In this document: positions 22,858-35,126 of the stretch, piece by piece | Layout of the letters: the number at the start of each line of letters is the position of its first letter | Position numbering within the stretch: position 1 is the stretch's first letter | Assembly (NCBI RefSeq): GCF_004010195.1 | Contig: NC_057719.1 | Span: 20,857,753 to 20,904,605, forward strand | Reading direction: 5' to 3' | DNA: 46,853 bases | Source: Chiloscyllium plagiosum | Lineage: Eukaryota | Notes under the pieces: model-generated | What the model saw: the letters and a program-made list of their open reading frames with translations, nothing else | Told to the model about the DNA's origin: nothing | The model's database searches: none | Translations under genes and position numbers: made by a program

Positions 22858-23695
22858 GGCCTGTCAGAGAATGCAGCAGGATATAGAAAGGCTGGAGATT
22901 CGGACAGAGAAATTTTGACAGATGGAGTTTAATCCGGACAAATGCATAGTGATGGATTTTGGAAGATCTAAAGCAGGAGAGAAGCACACAGCAAATGACA
23001 GAATCCTTAGTAGCACGAACATGTAGAGAGATCTAACAACACAGGGCTACACTTCCCTGAAAGTGGCAACACAAGAGGATAATTGCACCAAGAAAGCATG
23101 TTATATAATTGCTTTCATCAGTTGGGGTTTAGCGTATGAAAATTAACAAGTCATGTTGCACATGTACCAAACTTTAGTTCAGCCATTCTGAACATTGTGT
23201 ACAGCTCTAGACATCACACCAGAAGAAGGATGTGGAGAGTTTGGAGAGAGTACAGAAATAGTTTACCAGGATGTTGCTTTGGTGGGGATTAGGTATGAAG
23301 AGAAATCGAACAAACTTGATTTGTTTTCACTTAAATGTTGAAGGATGTGGGACGACCTGACAGAAGTTTACAAAGTTATGAGAGGCATGGAAAGAATGGA
23401 TAGATGGAATCTTTTTCCCAAGGTAGAAATGTCAATTACTCAGGGAGTGGGTTTACGGTAAAAGGGAATACATTTAGAGGAGATGAGAGAAACAATTTTT
23501 TTCACACTGAGGGTGGTAAGTGCCTAGAATGTGCTGTCAGAGGAGATGGTGGAGGCATTTAAAATAATAATATTTAAGAGACAGATATATGAATAGGTTG
23601 GGAATAGAGAGATGTGGACAAAAGGCATCATGGGTTGGCACAGTCTGGGTGGGTCAAAAGGCTTGTTCCTGTGCTGTACAGTTCTTTATTCTTGA
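22858..23695 (+). mobile_element. Older CR1 RT to 3' end fragment
   Basis: Collinear with 18360-19220. Confidence 0.85.
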
Positions 23696-23819
23696 CTACA
23701 TTTGCCAATCTGATATTTCCAATCTATATAAAGGCCAAAGTCACCTAATTTATTGTATTTTTTACATGCCCTCATTACCTCCTGTTTTATTTTCTGCTCG
23801 ACACAATCAATTTTTAAAA

Positions 23820-24090
23820 ATATTCTCATTCATGAGATGAGGGTGTGCCTGGCTTGGCCAACATTTATTGCCCATTCTTCTCTGAAGGACATTAGTAAAT
23901 CTGATGGTTTTTTCCTGACAATTGAAATTGGATTTATGGTCATCATTCGGCTCTAAATTCTAGATTTTTATTGAATTCAAATTTCACTATCTACCATTGC
24001 GGGACTTGAATCTGGGTCCCCAGCACATTAACTGGGTCTCTAGATTAACATTCCAGCGGTAATATAACTAGGTTATCACTTCCCCTTATA
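23820..24090 (-). mobile_element. tRNA-derived SINE with L2/CR1-like tail
   Basis: Same family as 10890-11190; B-box-like GGGACTTGAATC at 24001. Confidence 0.65.
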
Positions 24091-25204
24091 TCAGCTATGA
24101 CTGAATGGCTAGCAGCCTAATTCTGCTCCTTCATCTTATAGTTGTTTAATGCTGTTAGAGTTACTCCTGGAAAATCTCCTTGTTATTTCTTACCTGCACC
24201 CATATGGACTCTTCATCTTCCAAGAACATTTCCTGAAGCTGAATCCTTTGTTGGTCAGTAAATCAATTTTTATGAAATAGCGATAATTTCCAATATTTAC
24301 TCAGTACCATTCTCCCACAGATACTAACAATGGTCAGGTAATGAAGTCACAGCATTTTTATGAAAATCCAATATGAAGGATAATAGACTAAGAGGAAAGT
24401 ATTACAGCTGAGAAGATAGGGTCAAAAAGTAGCAATTAATTTCATTGCAAGAAGCTTAGGAACCTCCAGAGTTGTGAAAAATATTGAGAGTAGTAAATAT
24501 TTTAAAAATAGTTTCAGTAGAGATTCCTTCTAGAAATCCTATTGCCAAAACAAAAGGGACATTGGAATATTTTCCTCATGCATAGTGATGAGATCAGGAA
24601 ATGTTTAATAGAAATGGCTATTGAGACAAAAACTATCACATAGCTAACATGCAAATGGAATAAGCATCTGAGAAGAAAGAATATGAAGGGAAAGGTTAGG
24701 GCATAATTATCTCCAGGTGAAGTAATAGCAGCAGCGTACATAGGAAAGGCCAAATTACTTCCTTGTGTGCTATAAAATCTAATGATCTTTTCTTTCTTTG
24801 TTCTGGGGTTTGTCAGCTTTTATAAGTTACATATGCTGTAACTGATATGGACACCAATGAAATAGCTTAAAGATGGCTGTCAGTTTGTTTAACCTATTTA
24901 AGTCAGACAAAGAACATCTCCACCTTAAGTGACTACTTGAAGCCTCCATTTCAAGGTTCCGATGACAGGAAGCATTAATGTTGGTTCCCTCTCATACACT
25001 TTCCTCCAATAATACATCTCTTCAAATTGGAGGTATCGTTTCAAGATAGACCACGCATGCTTGGCTTCAAATTCAATAGATTTGACTTGGATGTTATTTC
25101 CTGATAGAGAACCTGAAGTAAGAGGCTGAGGTGGAACTCTCCAGTTCTTCCTAACAATAGAGCACCAGAAGATTTAAACCTCAGGCCTTGCCTGTTCAAT
25201 TGGT

Positions 25205-25850
25205 GTGATCTGATCTAATTTGATTTATTATTGCCATTTGTACCGACGTACAATGAAAAGTTTTGTTTTGCGTATAGTGCGGGCACATCATACCATACAT
25301 AGTGTATTGAATAATAGAACAGAGTGAAGAATACAATGTTACAGCTGTAGAAAAGCTGTACAAAGAGCGAGATCAACATTTAAATTCAAAATTTAAGAGG
25401 TCCATTTCAGAAGTCTGATCACAGTAGGAAAGAAGCTGTTCTTGAATCTGTTGGTTTGTGTGTTTAAGCTTTTGTATCTTCTGCCCGATGAAAGAGATTG
25501 GAAGAGACGATAACCGGGGTGAGAGTAGTCTTCGATGATGTTGGCTGCCTTCCCAATGAAGCAAGAAGTGTTGATGGAGTAAATAGATGGAAAGTTGCAG
25601 TGGCTTGTGTTTACAACTCTCTGTAGTTTCTTACAGTCTGAGGCACTACATTTACCGTTCCAAGCCGTGATGCATCCACATGGAATGCTTTCTATGGTGC
25701 ATCTATAAAAATTGGTAAGAATCTTTATAAACATGCTGAATTTCCTTAGCCTCCTGAGGAACTCGAGGCATTGTTGTACTTTCTTGACTGTAGCATCAAC
25801 ATGAGTGGACCAGAATAGATTGTTGGTGATTATCACTCTGAAGAACCTAG
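25205..25850 (-). mobile_element. Rex1/Babar-type LINE 3' fragment
   Basis: ORF ...KKVQQCLEFLRRLRKF...NFYRCTIESI...AWNGKC...TNRFKNSFFPTVIRLL. Confidence 0.88.
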
Positions 25851-27399
25851 ATCCATGCCTAGGCCCATTCATCTCACTGTTAAACTCAGCAAGAAGTATT
25901 CATTAGTTGGTGGACTGAAGCTGAATTTCATGTGACAAGATATCAGGAGTCTGAAGGGAAAATGAGGGCAAATGAGGCAAGCTTCCCAAATGGAGTTAGT
26001 CAGATTAACCCATAAGAAAAATAAAAGGAAAATATGAACAGCCTTCAAACAAACCTCTCCCCTGGTCTTTGAGCCTTTTCAAATTCTGATGAAAGGTTAA
26101 CAGTTCTGAAACACTGGTCAAGATTGTTCCCAGGCTGACAGAGGTAGGTTCTTGGGTGGGAACGGCCAGAAATTGAACTTCAATCAGATATCATATATCT
26201 TTCGCTGTATCCATAAGGAGAGTGGAAAGCCTGTTACGAAGTTGTGATTGAAAAGATCTTTAAGAGCTGTTATCACCTGAAGTCTGGATGTCCCAGTCAC
26301 AGAAACTGCTTTCCAAGCTGTCAGCAGGGGTCACCAAGGGGTTGACACCGCAGGAAGAGATTCTACATTAACACTGGCAAATAGGGAAGGCTTGGATCAG
26401 TTACACTGCAGAGCTCCAGCCACGGCCTATGAGTCTGTTGATAAAAGTACTTCTCCTCTCAGAGTATTCTGATAGATAATTGCCAACAGCTTAGAAAGAG
26501 CTTAAACTAACACTTGACTGTTCTTTAGCTTCATTTCTCTTCTGTGAACCTGTACCACTGCTTGAGACTTTCTGCTTTTATTGCAGAGTTCCTTCCTCCA
26601 TAGTAGTTTGTTTCCTTTCTGCCTATCTGTTTAACCTTTCTTATATTAACCAACGTTACAACTGTTAACTTAGTGTTCACATATCAATGAGAAAAAAAAA
26701 CCCAAATATTTAAATTTGCATGAAAACTCATTGCTTCAATGTGTGTCAAATTGATGATATTGGATTGTTAAAAAAAATTTGAATACATAGCTGTGGCAGG
26801 GAGGAAGCAAGAGAGAGAAAAAGAGAGGCAATTTCAGAGAATATAAATGCATTTTAAATCCAATCCACCACATGGGGTATTTCTGAAAATGTTGTGCTAT
26901 TAGGCTCTTTGCATACTAATATGTTCTTATAAAAGGCTGATGCTTGGCAAACATTTTAATGACTTTTTTTTAAATACATTGAAATTAAAGTAGGCTTCTG
27001 TAATTATAATAGCAATGAAATTCACAATTTAAGGTATTGGATTTGTATTTTCAGGAAAATCCTTCCTGTTGTCCTCGCACCAGAGTTTATCATCAGGAGG
27101 GTTCAGTGATCTGAGCATGCATTCTCACAGCCACGGTAAACCTAGTGTGCTCTATAAAGAGACACATTTTGTGGAAATAATTGGGACCATTGGCTGAGCA
27201 TTACAATCTGTAGACGTTAGTGTCACTGTACTTTGTAATATCACTCCACTCCCAAAGACTGGCAAGTTTAAATCTACCTTTCAAGATACATCTCAGTTTC
27301 CCTTTCAGAGGTATTTTTGGAGGTTATGAAGAACAAAAGAATTGATTTCAAAGAAAGGGAAAGTTATCACTAGTCCCTCAGGATTGAGGATATCCTTTC

Positions 27400-27940
27400 A
27401 TTGTTATTTATTCACAAGATGCAGGCTTCACTGGTTGGGCCAACATTTATTGCTCATCCCGAATTACTACTGTGAAGGTGGATTTGAGATGCCATTTGAA
27501 GCTGCTGAAGGCTAAGCATTTCGATATGTCTCTGTGGCTTGCTAAATTGTTTCAGAGACTAATTAAGAGTCAACCACAGTGCAGTGGGTCTGGAGTCACA
27601 CGTAGATCGGAAGAGGTACGTGAACCAGCTGGGTTTTTACGACCAAAGCACAGCAGGTAAGGCAGCATCCGAGGAGCAGGAAATTTGATAGTTCGGGCAA
27701 AGGCCCTTCATTCTTGATGAAAGGCTTCCTGATGAAGGGCTTATGCCTGAAACATCGACTCTCCTGCTCCTCTAATCTTGACTCTAATCTCCAGCACCTG
27801 CAGGACCCACTTTCGCCTGGATTTTTACGACTATTGAGTTAGTATTTAATTCCAGACATGTAAAAAAAAATCAAAATTTCTCTATGGTTAGATTTGAATC
27901 CAGGTCCCCAGAGAATTACCTGGGTCTCCGATTGCCAAAG
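27400..27940 (-). mobile_element. tRNA-derived SINE with L2/CR1-like tail, interrupted by a PLE mini-element
   Basis: Same family as 23820-24090. Confidence 0.65.
27644..27816. mobile_element. Fold-back PLE mini-element with hammerhead motif
   Basis: 15-bp TSD CTGG(G/A)TTTTTACGAC at 27629-27643 and 27817-27831. Plus strand CTGATGA-AGGGCTTATGCCT-GAAA-CA-TC from 27729. Confidence 0.85.
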
Positions 27941-28747
27941 CAATGACTAGCATGAGATATTAGTTCTGTCCTTCCGTCTACGATTTCATTCAATATTAGC
28001 AAACAGCATGGAAAGTTTATACCATATTATTATGAATATTAATATGACATGAACACATGCTGTATACCCAGCCACTGCATAGGAAGTCCAATATTTTCAA
28101 AAATGAAAACTTGGACACATGGAACAGCCATGGCTGAGGTGATTAACATGTTGGATAACCAATGGCAGGAATCTGCAGTAGAGGCAGTTGAGGGAAGGAC
28201 ATCGGGCGACATTTCCTGAAATACGTCCAGCTGAGTGGACAACTTTATGCCATGGATTGTTTGGAAGACATCTTTAAAATAGGAGCCAAAATGGTCATGA
28301 CAACACATTTGGAGACATCAAGGGGGTGGCAGCTGAGGATATAAGCATGCACCAGATCGGTTTCTATCGGAAGATGAACTAACATCTTTCCAGATTTTCT
28401 TCCCAGGCCCGGTTTACGCTTGGCAACATAGGGAAATGCTGATAACCCAGGACGCTGGAACAATATTTTAAGGAATTGTCAGGACGTTGGGCCGTGTAAT
28501 GAGAAATCAATATTATCCTGGAAAAGAAAGCAGGAGATCTCATCACCTTACTACTGTACTCGCCACAGTGTATTTATTCTCACACAGAAAGACAACAATG
28601 ATCAACCTTATGAAAAGTCTTAATTAGGACAAAGGAAAGATCCTTCTTTTAGATTTAGCTTTATGTGTTAGGGTAATAATAATTGTTCTAAGCTTGTTAT
28701 TTGGTCAGTACTTAAAACCATCAGGAGATGCAATGTAGAAGAAAATT

Positions 28748-28852
28748 GTAAGACCCTTCCTCAAACGGGTCATTCGAACTGAAACATTAACTCTGATTTC
28801 TCTCCACAGATGCTGCCAGACCTGCTGAGCTTTTTCAGCAATACCTGTCTGC
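28748..28852 (+). mobile_element. PLE terminal mini-insertion
   Basis: Same terminus as 40601-40700. 13-bp TSD GTAGAAGAAA(A/G)TT at 28735-28747 and 28853-28865. Confidence 0.78.
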
Positions 28853-30064
28853 GTAGAAGAAAGTTTCTTTGGTAACTCCAGCTTTAGGGGGTAAGGATTT
28901 GATTTGATCTCTGGGCTAGGGACATTTGCCTTTATAATCTTACTGAGAGAGGAAAGCAGAGGAAGATGTACAACATTAACAGCACATGAGTGGGCAAAAT
29001 CTCTACCCATGTTGAGCATATAATATAGTAACTAGTTAACATTTGGAACGTCTATGTTACATTTTTGTAATATAATTGTGAGGGCTGGTTTCTCAATCAA
29101 AAGCCTTCTTCCCTTCTCGCTCCTACAAAATATCCCGTCCACTGACACTCAGCTCGAAACCTTCTCCTTCGGCTTTGATTAGGAAAAACACATTTAACCA
29201 TAAGACTATTGTGATGAAGCAAAATAACAAGCAAATGCAGTGTGATTTTAAAAGCCATCTTGATTTTTAATCAGACTTTCCTCAGCTTGAAAGAGAAGCA
29301 TATCCCCTTGAGATCCCCCCTTCTAAATTAGGCAGAGATGTAAGGAAGCATTCATGAGCTGTTACGCATCTGTTATTTCTGCTGATGTTCGAGATTTAAT
29401 CCAAATGATAATGGCTAATAAAATAAATACATTTTTATGCTGGCAACTTGCTCATAAAACAAGACAGAGATCTGTGAACATGTTTTGCAGTCAGTGTGCT
29501 AATTCTGTTTTTATTAGGAATAATTGATGTTGCCTTTATCTTACTTTTTAATCAACTTAAATCCAAGTTTGGAAAGAAATGAGCTTTTTCACTAGGGAGG
29601 ATCTCGCCCATAAAGTTCAGTGACTAGCCCTAGAGCTATTTCAAGTTATTTCGTGCCTTTTTTTGTTGCTTTTTTTAATTAAAATTAATTGACACTGCCG
29701 CTATCTGAGATTCTGTTAGACAAAACCCAACTTCAAATGGATATAAACTTGTGCTCTAGGGAGCTCAATGATAGCAATCTATAAATTCCTTTCTTGCCTT
29801 ATCTCCCTTCCATCCAATTTTAAATTAAAATTGATGTTGTCATTATCTTATACCTTCATCTGGTAACCCCTTGAGGAAAAAAAAAATCACACCCTCTGCG
29901 AAATCTGAATCTCATGAACTGCTCATGTAATTTCATACCAATCCATTGGTATAGTTGCTCAGAAAAAGAGAAGAATATAAAGGAAATAAGCAGAGTAATG
30001 TTTTGCAACTTTCAAAGGCTAAGAAATTCAAGTTGACTACTTCAACCCTGTTTTGTATCACCCA

Positions 30065-30830
30065 AACAATAACGAAAGAAAATAATATTTACATTTTTCA
30101 AAGCCTCAGAGACTTTATGGTCGATTAAATACCTTACCAATGTAGGAAACATGGCTGCCCACTTACACATAGCATGATCTAATTAATGGCAAAGTAATAG
30201 TTTATTTTAGCAGTTTAGTAAGTAATAAATATTAGTCAGCACATTGCGGTAATAACCCTATTTGTCTTCAAAATAGTGACATGAGATCTTTCACATGTAC
30301 CAGATGGCAGATAGGATTTGAGTTTAACATTTCATCCAAGCTACTCCATTATTACACACTGTAGTAGCAGTGTTTACCTATCAACTGTAGTGCAGCAACT
30401 CACTAAAGCTCCTCCAACAGTAACTTTCAAGACTGTGACCTCTACTGCCTAAAAGGGCAAAGGCAGCAGAAGCACTGGAACAACAAAACCAGCAGTTTCC
30501 TACTCAAGGAACTCATATCCTGATGTGGAACTCTACCACTGTTCCTTCACTGTCACTGGATCAAAATCCCGTACTCACTTCCTTACACCACTATAGTTAT
30601 ACCTGCAGCACTTCAAGGAAGGAGTTCACTTCATCTTCTCCAGGGCAATTAGAGATGGGCAGTAAATCCTGGCCTAGCCAGCGATACTTGCATGTTATGA
30701 ATGCATTAAAAAAAAAGTAGCCCTTCTGTTGTGTTGCAGTGGGATTGCAGCCTCTTCCTTTTATTCCAGGAGTGGAACTTTATCCTACAAACTTTAGATT
30801 CAGAAGCAAGAGCACTACCAAGTGAACCAC
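30065..30830 (-). mobile_element. DeuSINE-like (SacSINE1-like) element split by an L2-like 3' fragment
   Basis: Deu-domain-like CTTCAAAATAGTGACATGAGATCTTTCACAT...TTTAACATTTCATCC at about 30265-30340 and a tRNA-like head at about 30770-30830. Recognised from memory of the family; decayed. Confidence 0.55.
30365..30718 (+). mobile_element. L2/CR1-like LINE 3' end with A tail
   Basis: GGGCAATTAGAGATGGGCAGTAAATCCTGGCC...ATGAATGCATTAAAAAAAAA; same family as 43985-45660 (minus). Confidence 0.7.
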
Positions 30831-31457
30831 TTCATTATAAATTTGAAAACGTTCTAGTGACTTCCTCTCTCACCATGGCCTGGATAGCATCTATCTCCAT
30901 GGGAAAGACAAATATAATGTATTCATTTAATATTTTAGCCATATACCATGCCTCCACGTGTAAGACAGCTATTTGGCTCTTACTTGATCTCCTTCCTCTT
31001 TTGACCACTCTTTTACTTTTATATGCCTAAAGGAGACTTTAGGTTTCCCCCATTATATTGGCTGCCCGTCTTCTCATAATTCCTCTTTGTTTTCTGTAAT
31101 AAGCTTTTTCACCTCATCTCTGAATCTTCTGAATCCCTTTTGGTTCATGCTCGCCTGTTCTAACTCATTAGATGTACACCATGCTATCCAGGCCATGGTG
31201 AGAGAGGAAGAAACTCTTTCAACGAATATTTTCAAATTTATAATGAAGTATCTTTCGTGGTACAAGTGATGGAAAACAGAAACTAATGATCCGTGGATAC
31301 TGTTTAGGTTGGAGGAAGGCTTGTAGTGGAGCACTCCAGCACTTTAATGAACCAGATCTTGGTTTTGCAGGAGATAATTTCATAATTTGAGGATGATACA
31401 AAACTTGGAATTTTTTTAAACATTGAGGAGGACAATGCAGAACTTCCAAAGAACATA

Positions 31458-31680
31458 TTACTGCGGATGCTGGAATCTGAAACCGAAAGAAAAAATGTTG
31501 GAAAATCTCAGCAGGTCTGGCAGCATCTGTAAGGAGAGAAAAGAACTGACGTTTTGATTCTAACTGATCCTTTGTCAAAGCTTTGACAAAGGGTGGGTTA
31601 GACTCGAAATGTCAGCTCTTTTCTTTCCTTACAGATGCTGCCAGACCTGCTGAGATTTTCCAGCATTTTCTCTTTTGGTT
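31458..31680. mobile_element. Spacer-less fold-back PLE mini-element (100-bp arms)
   Basis: Arms 31481-31580 and 31581-31680 (11 mismatches by hand count). 14-bp TSD TTCCAAAGAACATA at 31444-31457 and 31679-31692. Confidence 0.93.
31577..31619 (+). ncRNA. Variant hammerhead motif with U3-A8 core
   Basis: AGCT-TTGACAA-A-GGGT..GTTAGACTC-GAAA-TG-TC-AGCT. Confidence 0.65.
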
Positions 31681-31893
31681 CCAAAGAACATAGGTGGAGT
31701 GAGGAGATAGACGACAAATGAATTTCAATGCGGAGAAGTTTGAGGTGATGGATTTTGACAGGAAGAACATGGACAGACAATATAAAATTAGGTTGCAATT
31801 CTAAATTGGGTGCAGGGGCATACTTTTAAAGGTGGCAGCACAGGTGAAGAGACCATACTATATCCTGAGTCTTATTAATAGCAACAGAGAGTT

Positions 31894-34800
31894 CAAGATA
31901 GCAGTGTGGCAGCAGCTCACACAGCCTCTCCAGACCAAGAGCCACTAAATTTCAGGAAACAGGAAGCAGACACTGTTACAAGCTACAAAAACTGCTCCAG
32001 TACAAGAACCAGCTGAAAACGTACCTGGATGGAGAGCTACAGTAGGAGCTAAGTGATCTTGGCTTGTTTCAGGGACCAGGCCTCCAAACCTCGGCCTCGC
32101 CTGATGTCGGTGATCAGATGTTGAGATGTCAGAAGCAATGAGCGAGGAGGCGGAAGTGCGGTAAGCATGGAGGAGTTCTCGGCTTGCTGCAGAGACCAGG
32201 CCCCAATCCTCAGCCTGCCTGATGCCGGCATCTGGGTGTAGAGTCATTAGAAGTGGTGTGTGAGGGGAAGGAAGCAGGATAAGCTGGCAGTAAAATCAAA
32301 CCCTAGCTGACCAGCTCTCCCATCCATTCTGCTCTCCAATGTCTGCTCCCTGGACAACAAACTGGACTGCATCCGACTGTGGCAGGCACTTCAGTGTGAG
32401 TTCAGAGATTGCTGCGGTATTGTTTTCATGGAAACATGGTTCAGCGACAGAGTTCCAGACACCGCATCCAGATAGACGGGCTTGACTTGTTTTGCACTGA
32501 CAGAAATGCAGCTCTGTGCAGTAAGGCTTGGGGTGGGGTCTGTGTCTACATCAACACAACATAGTGCAAAGACTCCATGTTAATCTCCAGTTACTACTCG
32601 TCACCGTTGGAGTTTGTGACTGTTAGCTGCAGGCCATTTTACTTGACATGGGAATTCATCGCTGTCCTTATAGTTGGGGTGTATATTCCTCTCAGTGCTA
32701 ATGTGAACTGTATGGGGCCATTAGCGGCCTGTAGAATACACATCCTGACGATCTGTTTATTGTTGCTTGAGGTGTCAACCATGCAAATCTTAAGACTATG
32801 CTCCCTAAATTCCATTAGCATGCGGGCTTTGCAACAAGAGACGAGAACGCACTGGATCTGGTTTATACAAACATCCCCAACACAGATAGGGCAGAACCCC
32901 AGTCCCACCTCAGCTCCTCAGACCACATCTCTATAATGCTACTCCCAGCATACAGCCCGCTCGTCAGACGGGTCAAACCACTTCTGAAGCAGGTGAAAAC
33001 CTGGCCGGCAGGAGCCATTTCTGCTCTTCGAGATTGTTTTGAGCACACAGACTGGCACGTGTTCAGGGCGGCGGTAACCAATGGCGATTCTATCAACTTA
33101 GAGGAGTATGCGGCGTGTGTCACATTAGCAAGTGTATTGATAACATTACTGTATCCAAGAGCATCATTTTTCATCCCAATCAGAAGTCGTGGATGATCAT
33201 AAAGGTATGTGCGCTGCTGAGGACCCGGGATTCCGCCTTCAGAGCAGATGACAAGGCAGTCCTAACAGCAGCGAGAGCCAACCTGATCCAGGCCATCAAA
33301 GAGGCAAAGTGTGAATATGCACAGAGAATACACAGCCACCTTCAGGACAGCAGCAATACATGGACCATGTGGAAGTGCATCCAGGCCATCACCAACCACA
33401 GAACAGCATCGCCTGCTTGTGCTGGTGATGTATCCCTCCCGGATGAGTTGAACAGTTTTTATGCATGGCTTGAGGCACAAAATGATGTGGCAGTGAAGAA
33501 ATCCACATTTTCCCCCCCCCACCCCATTCCCAATGACTGGGTTCTGTGTCTTACCATGGCCAACATGAGGAAAACCCCATGCAGAGTCAACCCACATAAA
33601 GCTGCTGGGCCAGATAACATCCCTGACAGAGTTCTCAGAGGATGCTCTGAAGTACTAGCAGATGTTCTCACAGACATTTTCAACATCTCCCTGAGCTCCT
33701 CCATAGTTCCAAATACTTCAAGGCTGCTACCATCGTCCCCATGCCGAAGAGGTCTTCAGTGGCCTGCCTCAACGACTACCACCCTGTTGCGCTAACACCA
33801 ATCAGCATGAAGTGCTCATGAGGAGCCTCATCATGAGGCATATTAAAACCTGGTGCTCCCCTCACTGGACACTCTGCAGTTCACATATTGACTCAACAGA
33901 TGATGCCATTTCCCCCACCCTCCATCTGGCCCCCATTTGGAGAAGAAGGACACCTTAGTCAGACTACTGTTCATAGACTTAAGTTCTGTATTTAACACTA
34001 TCATTCCTCAGCACCTGATTGGAAAGCTGAGTCTGCTGGGCCTAAATACTTCCCTTTGTAACTGGATCCTGGACTTCCTGACTGGGAGACCTCAGTCAGT
34101 TCTGATTGGGAACAGCATCAACAACACCATCACACTGAGCACAGGGTGCCCCCAGGGCTGTGTGCTCAGTCCACTGCTGCTCACCCTGCTGACATACCAC
34201 TGTGCAGTAATGCACGGGTCGAATCACATCATCAAGTTCGCTGTTGATACGACTGTAGTGGGTCTCATCAGCATGAACGACAAGTCAGCATACAGAGAAG
34301 TAATGCAATGGCTAATGGACTGGTGCAGAGCCAACAACCCTTCGTTGAACGTGGACAAGATGAAAGAGATGGTTGTTGAGTTTAGGAGGGCACGGAGCGA
34401 CCATTCTCCACTGGACATCGATGGCTCCCCTGTGGGGATCGTGAAGAGCACCAAATTTCTTGGCGTTCACCTGGTGGAGAATCTCACCTGGACCCTCAAC
34501 ACCAGCTCCAGAGCCAAGAAAGCCCAGCAGCATCTCTACATTCTGCATAGGTTGAGGAAAGCCCACATCCCATCCCCCACCCTCATCACATTCTGCAGAG
34601 GGTTCATTGAGACTACCATGAGCTGCTGCATCACTGCCTGTTTCAGGAATTGCACCGTCTCAGACTGTAAGACCCTAAAACAGATAGTGGAGACAGCTGA
34701 GAAGATCATCGGGGTCTCTCTTCCCTCATTACAGACATTTACTCCACACACTGCATCTGAAAGGCTAAGAGCGTTGTGGAAGACCCCACACACCCTTCAC

Positions 34801-35126
34801 TCAAACTCTTCTCCCTCCTGACATCTGTCTCTCACGGCCAGACTGTGCTACAATCTCTTCCCCCAAGCCATTAGGCTCCTTAACATCTGAAATTCTTTGC
34901 ACAACTTTGAATTGCTGCTAGAAAAATGTCTACTATTTATCATTCTTCTATTACATTATAACTTGTGTGTTTTGCACTTCTTATGCACTTTATGCTGTGT
35001 ACGATTGTGTAGTTTGTGCTGTCCATGTAGCACCCTCGCTACCGGAGGAATGCTGTCTCATTTTTACTGTATCAGTTGTATATGGAAGAAATGACAAATA
35101 AAAGATACTCTATGCTCTATTCTCTA
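31894..35126 (+). mobile_element. Near-full-length Rex1/Babar LINE (APE + RT, many disruptions), inserted in a CR1
   Basis: [97 protein letters not shown]; (CTCTA)n-like tail. Confidence 0.92.

Larger units (their letters stand above)
30831..31893. mobile_element. Old CR1 with an inverted 5' segment (minus 30831-31180, plus 31181 onward); continues at 35127-35620
   Basis: CR1 linker peptide EVKKLITENKEEL on the minus strand and RT motifs (MNFNAEKFEVMDF) on the plus strand. Confidence 0.7.

Noticed and set aside
26084..26116. CTGATGA-AAGGTTAACAGTTCT-GAAA hammerhead-like motif
   Set aside because: Probably a very old PLE terminus, but stems I-III are broken and no element boundaries are visible, so it is not called a ribozyme.
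26120..26520. Possible coding remnant (LFASVNVESL on the minus strand resembles an RT motif)
   Set aside because: A single short motif with surrounding stops; not enough support.
31458..31680. Interpretation as a miRNA precursor or DNA-transposon MITE
   Set aside because: The arms share PLE terminal motifs (GATGCTGCCAGACCTGCTG) with other PLE ends here. A 14-bp TSD with a one-sided tail fits PLEs rather than the common cut-and-paste superfamilies.
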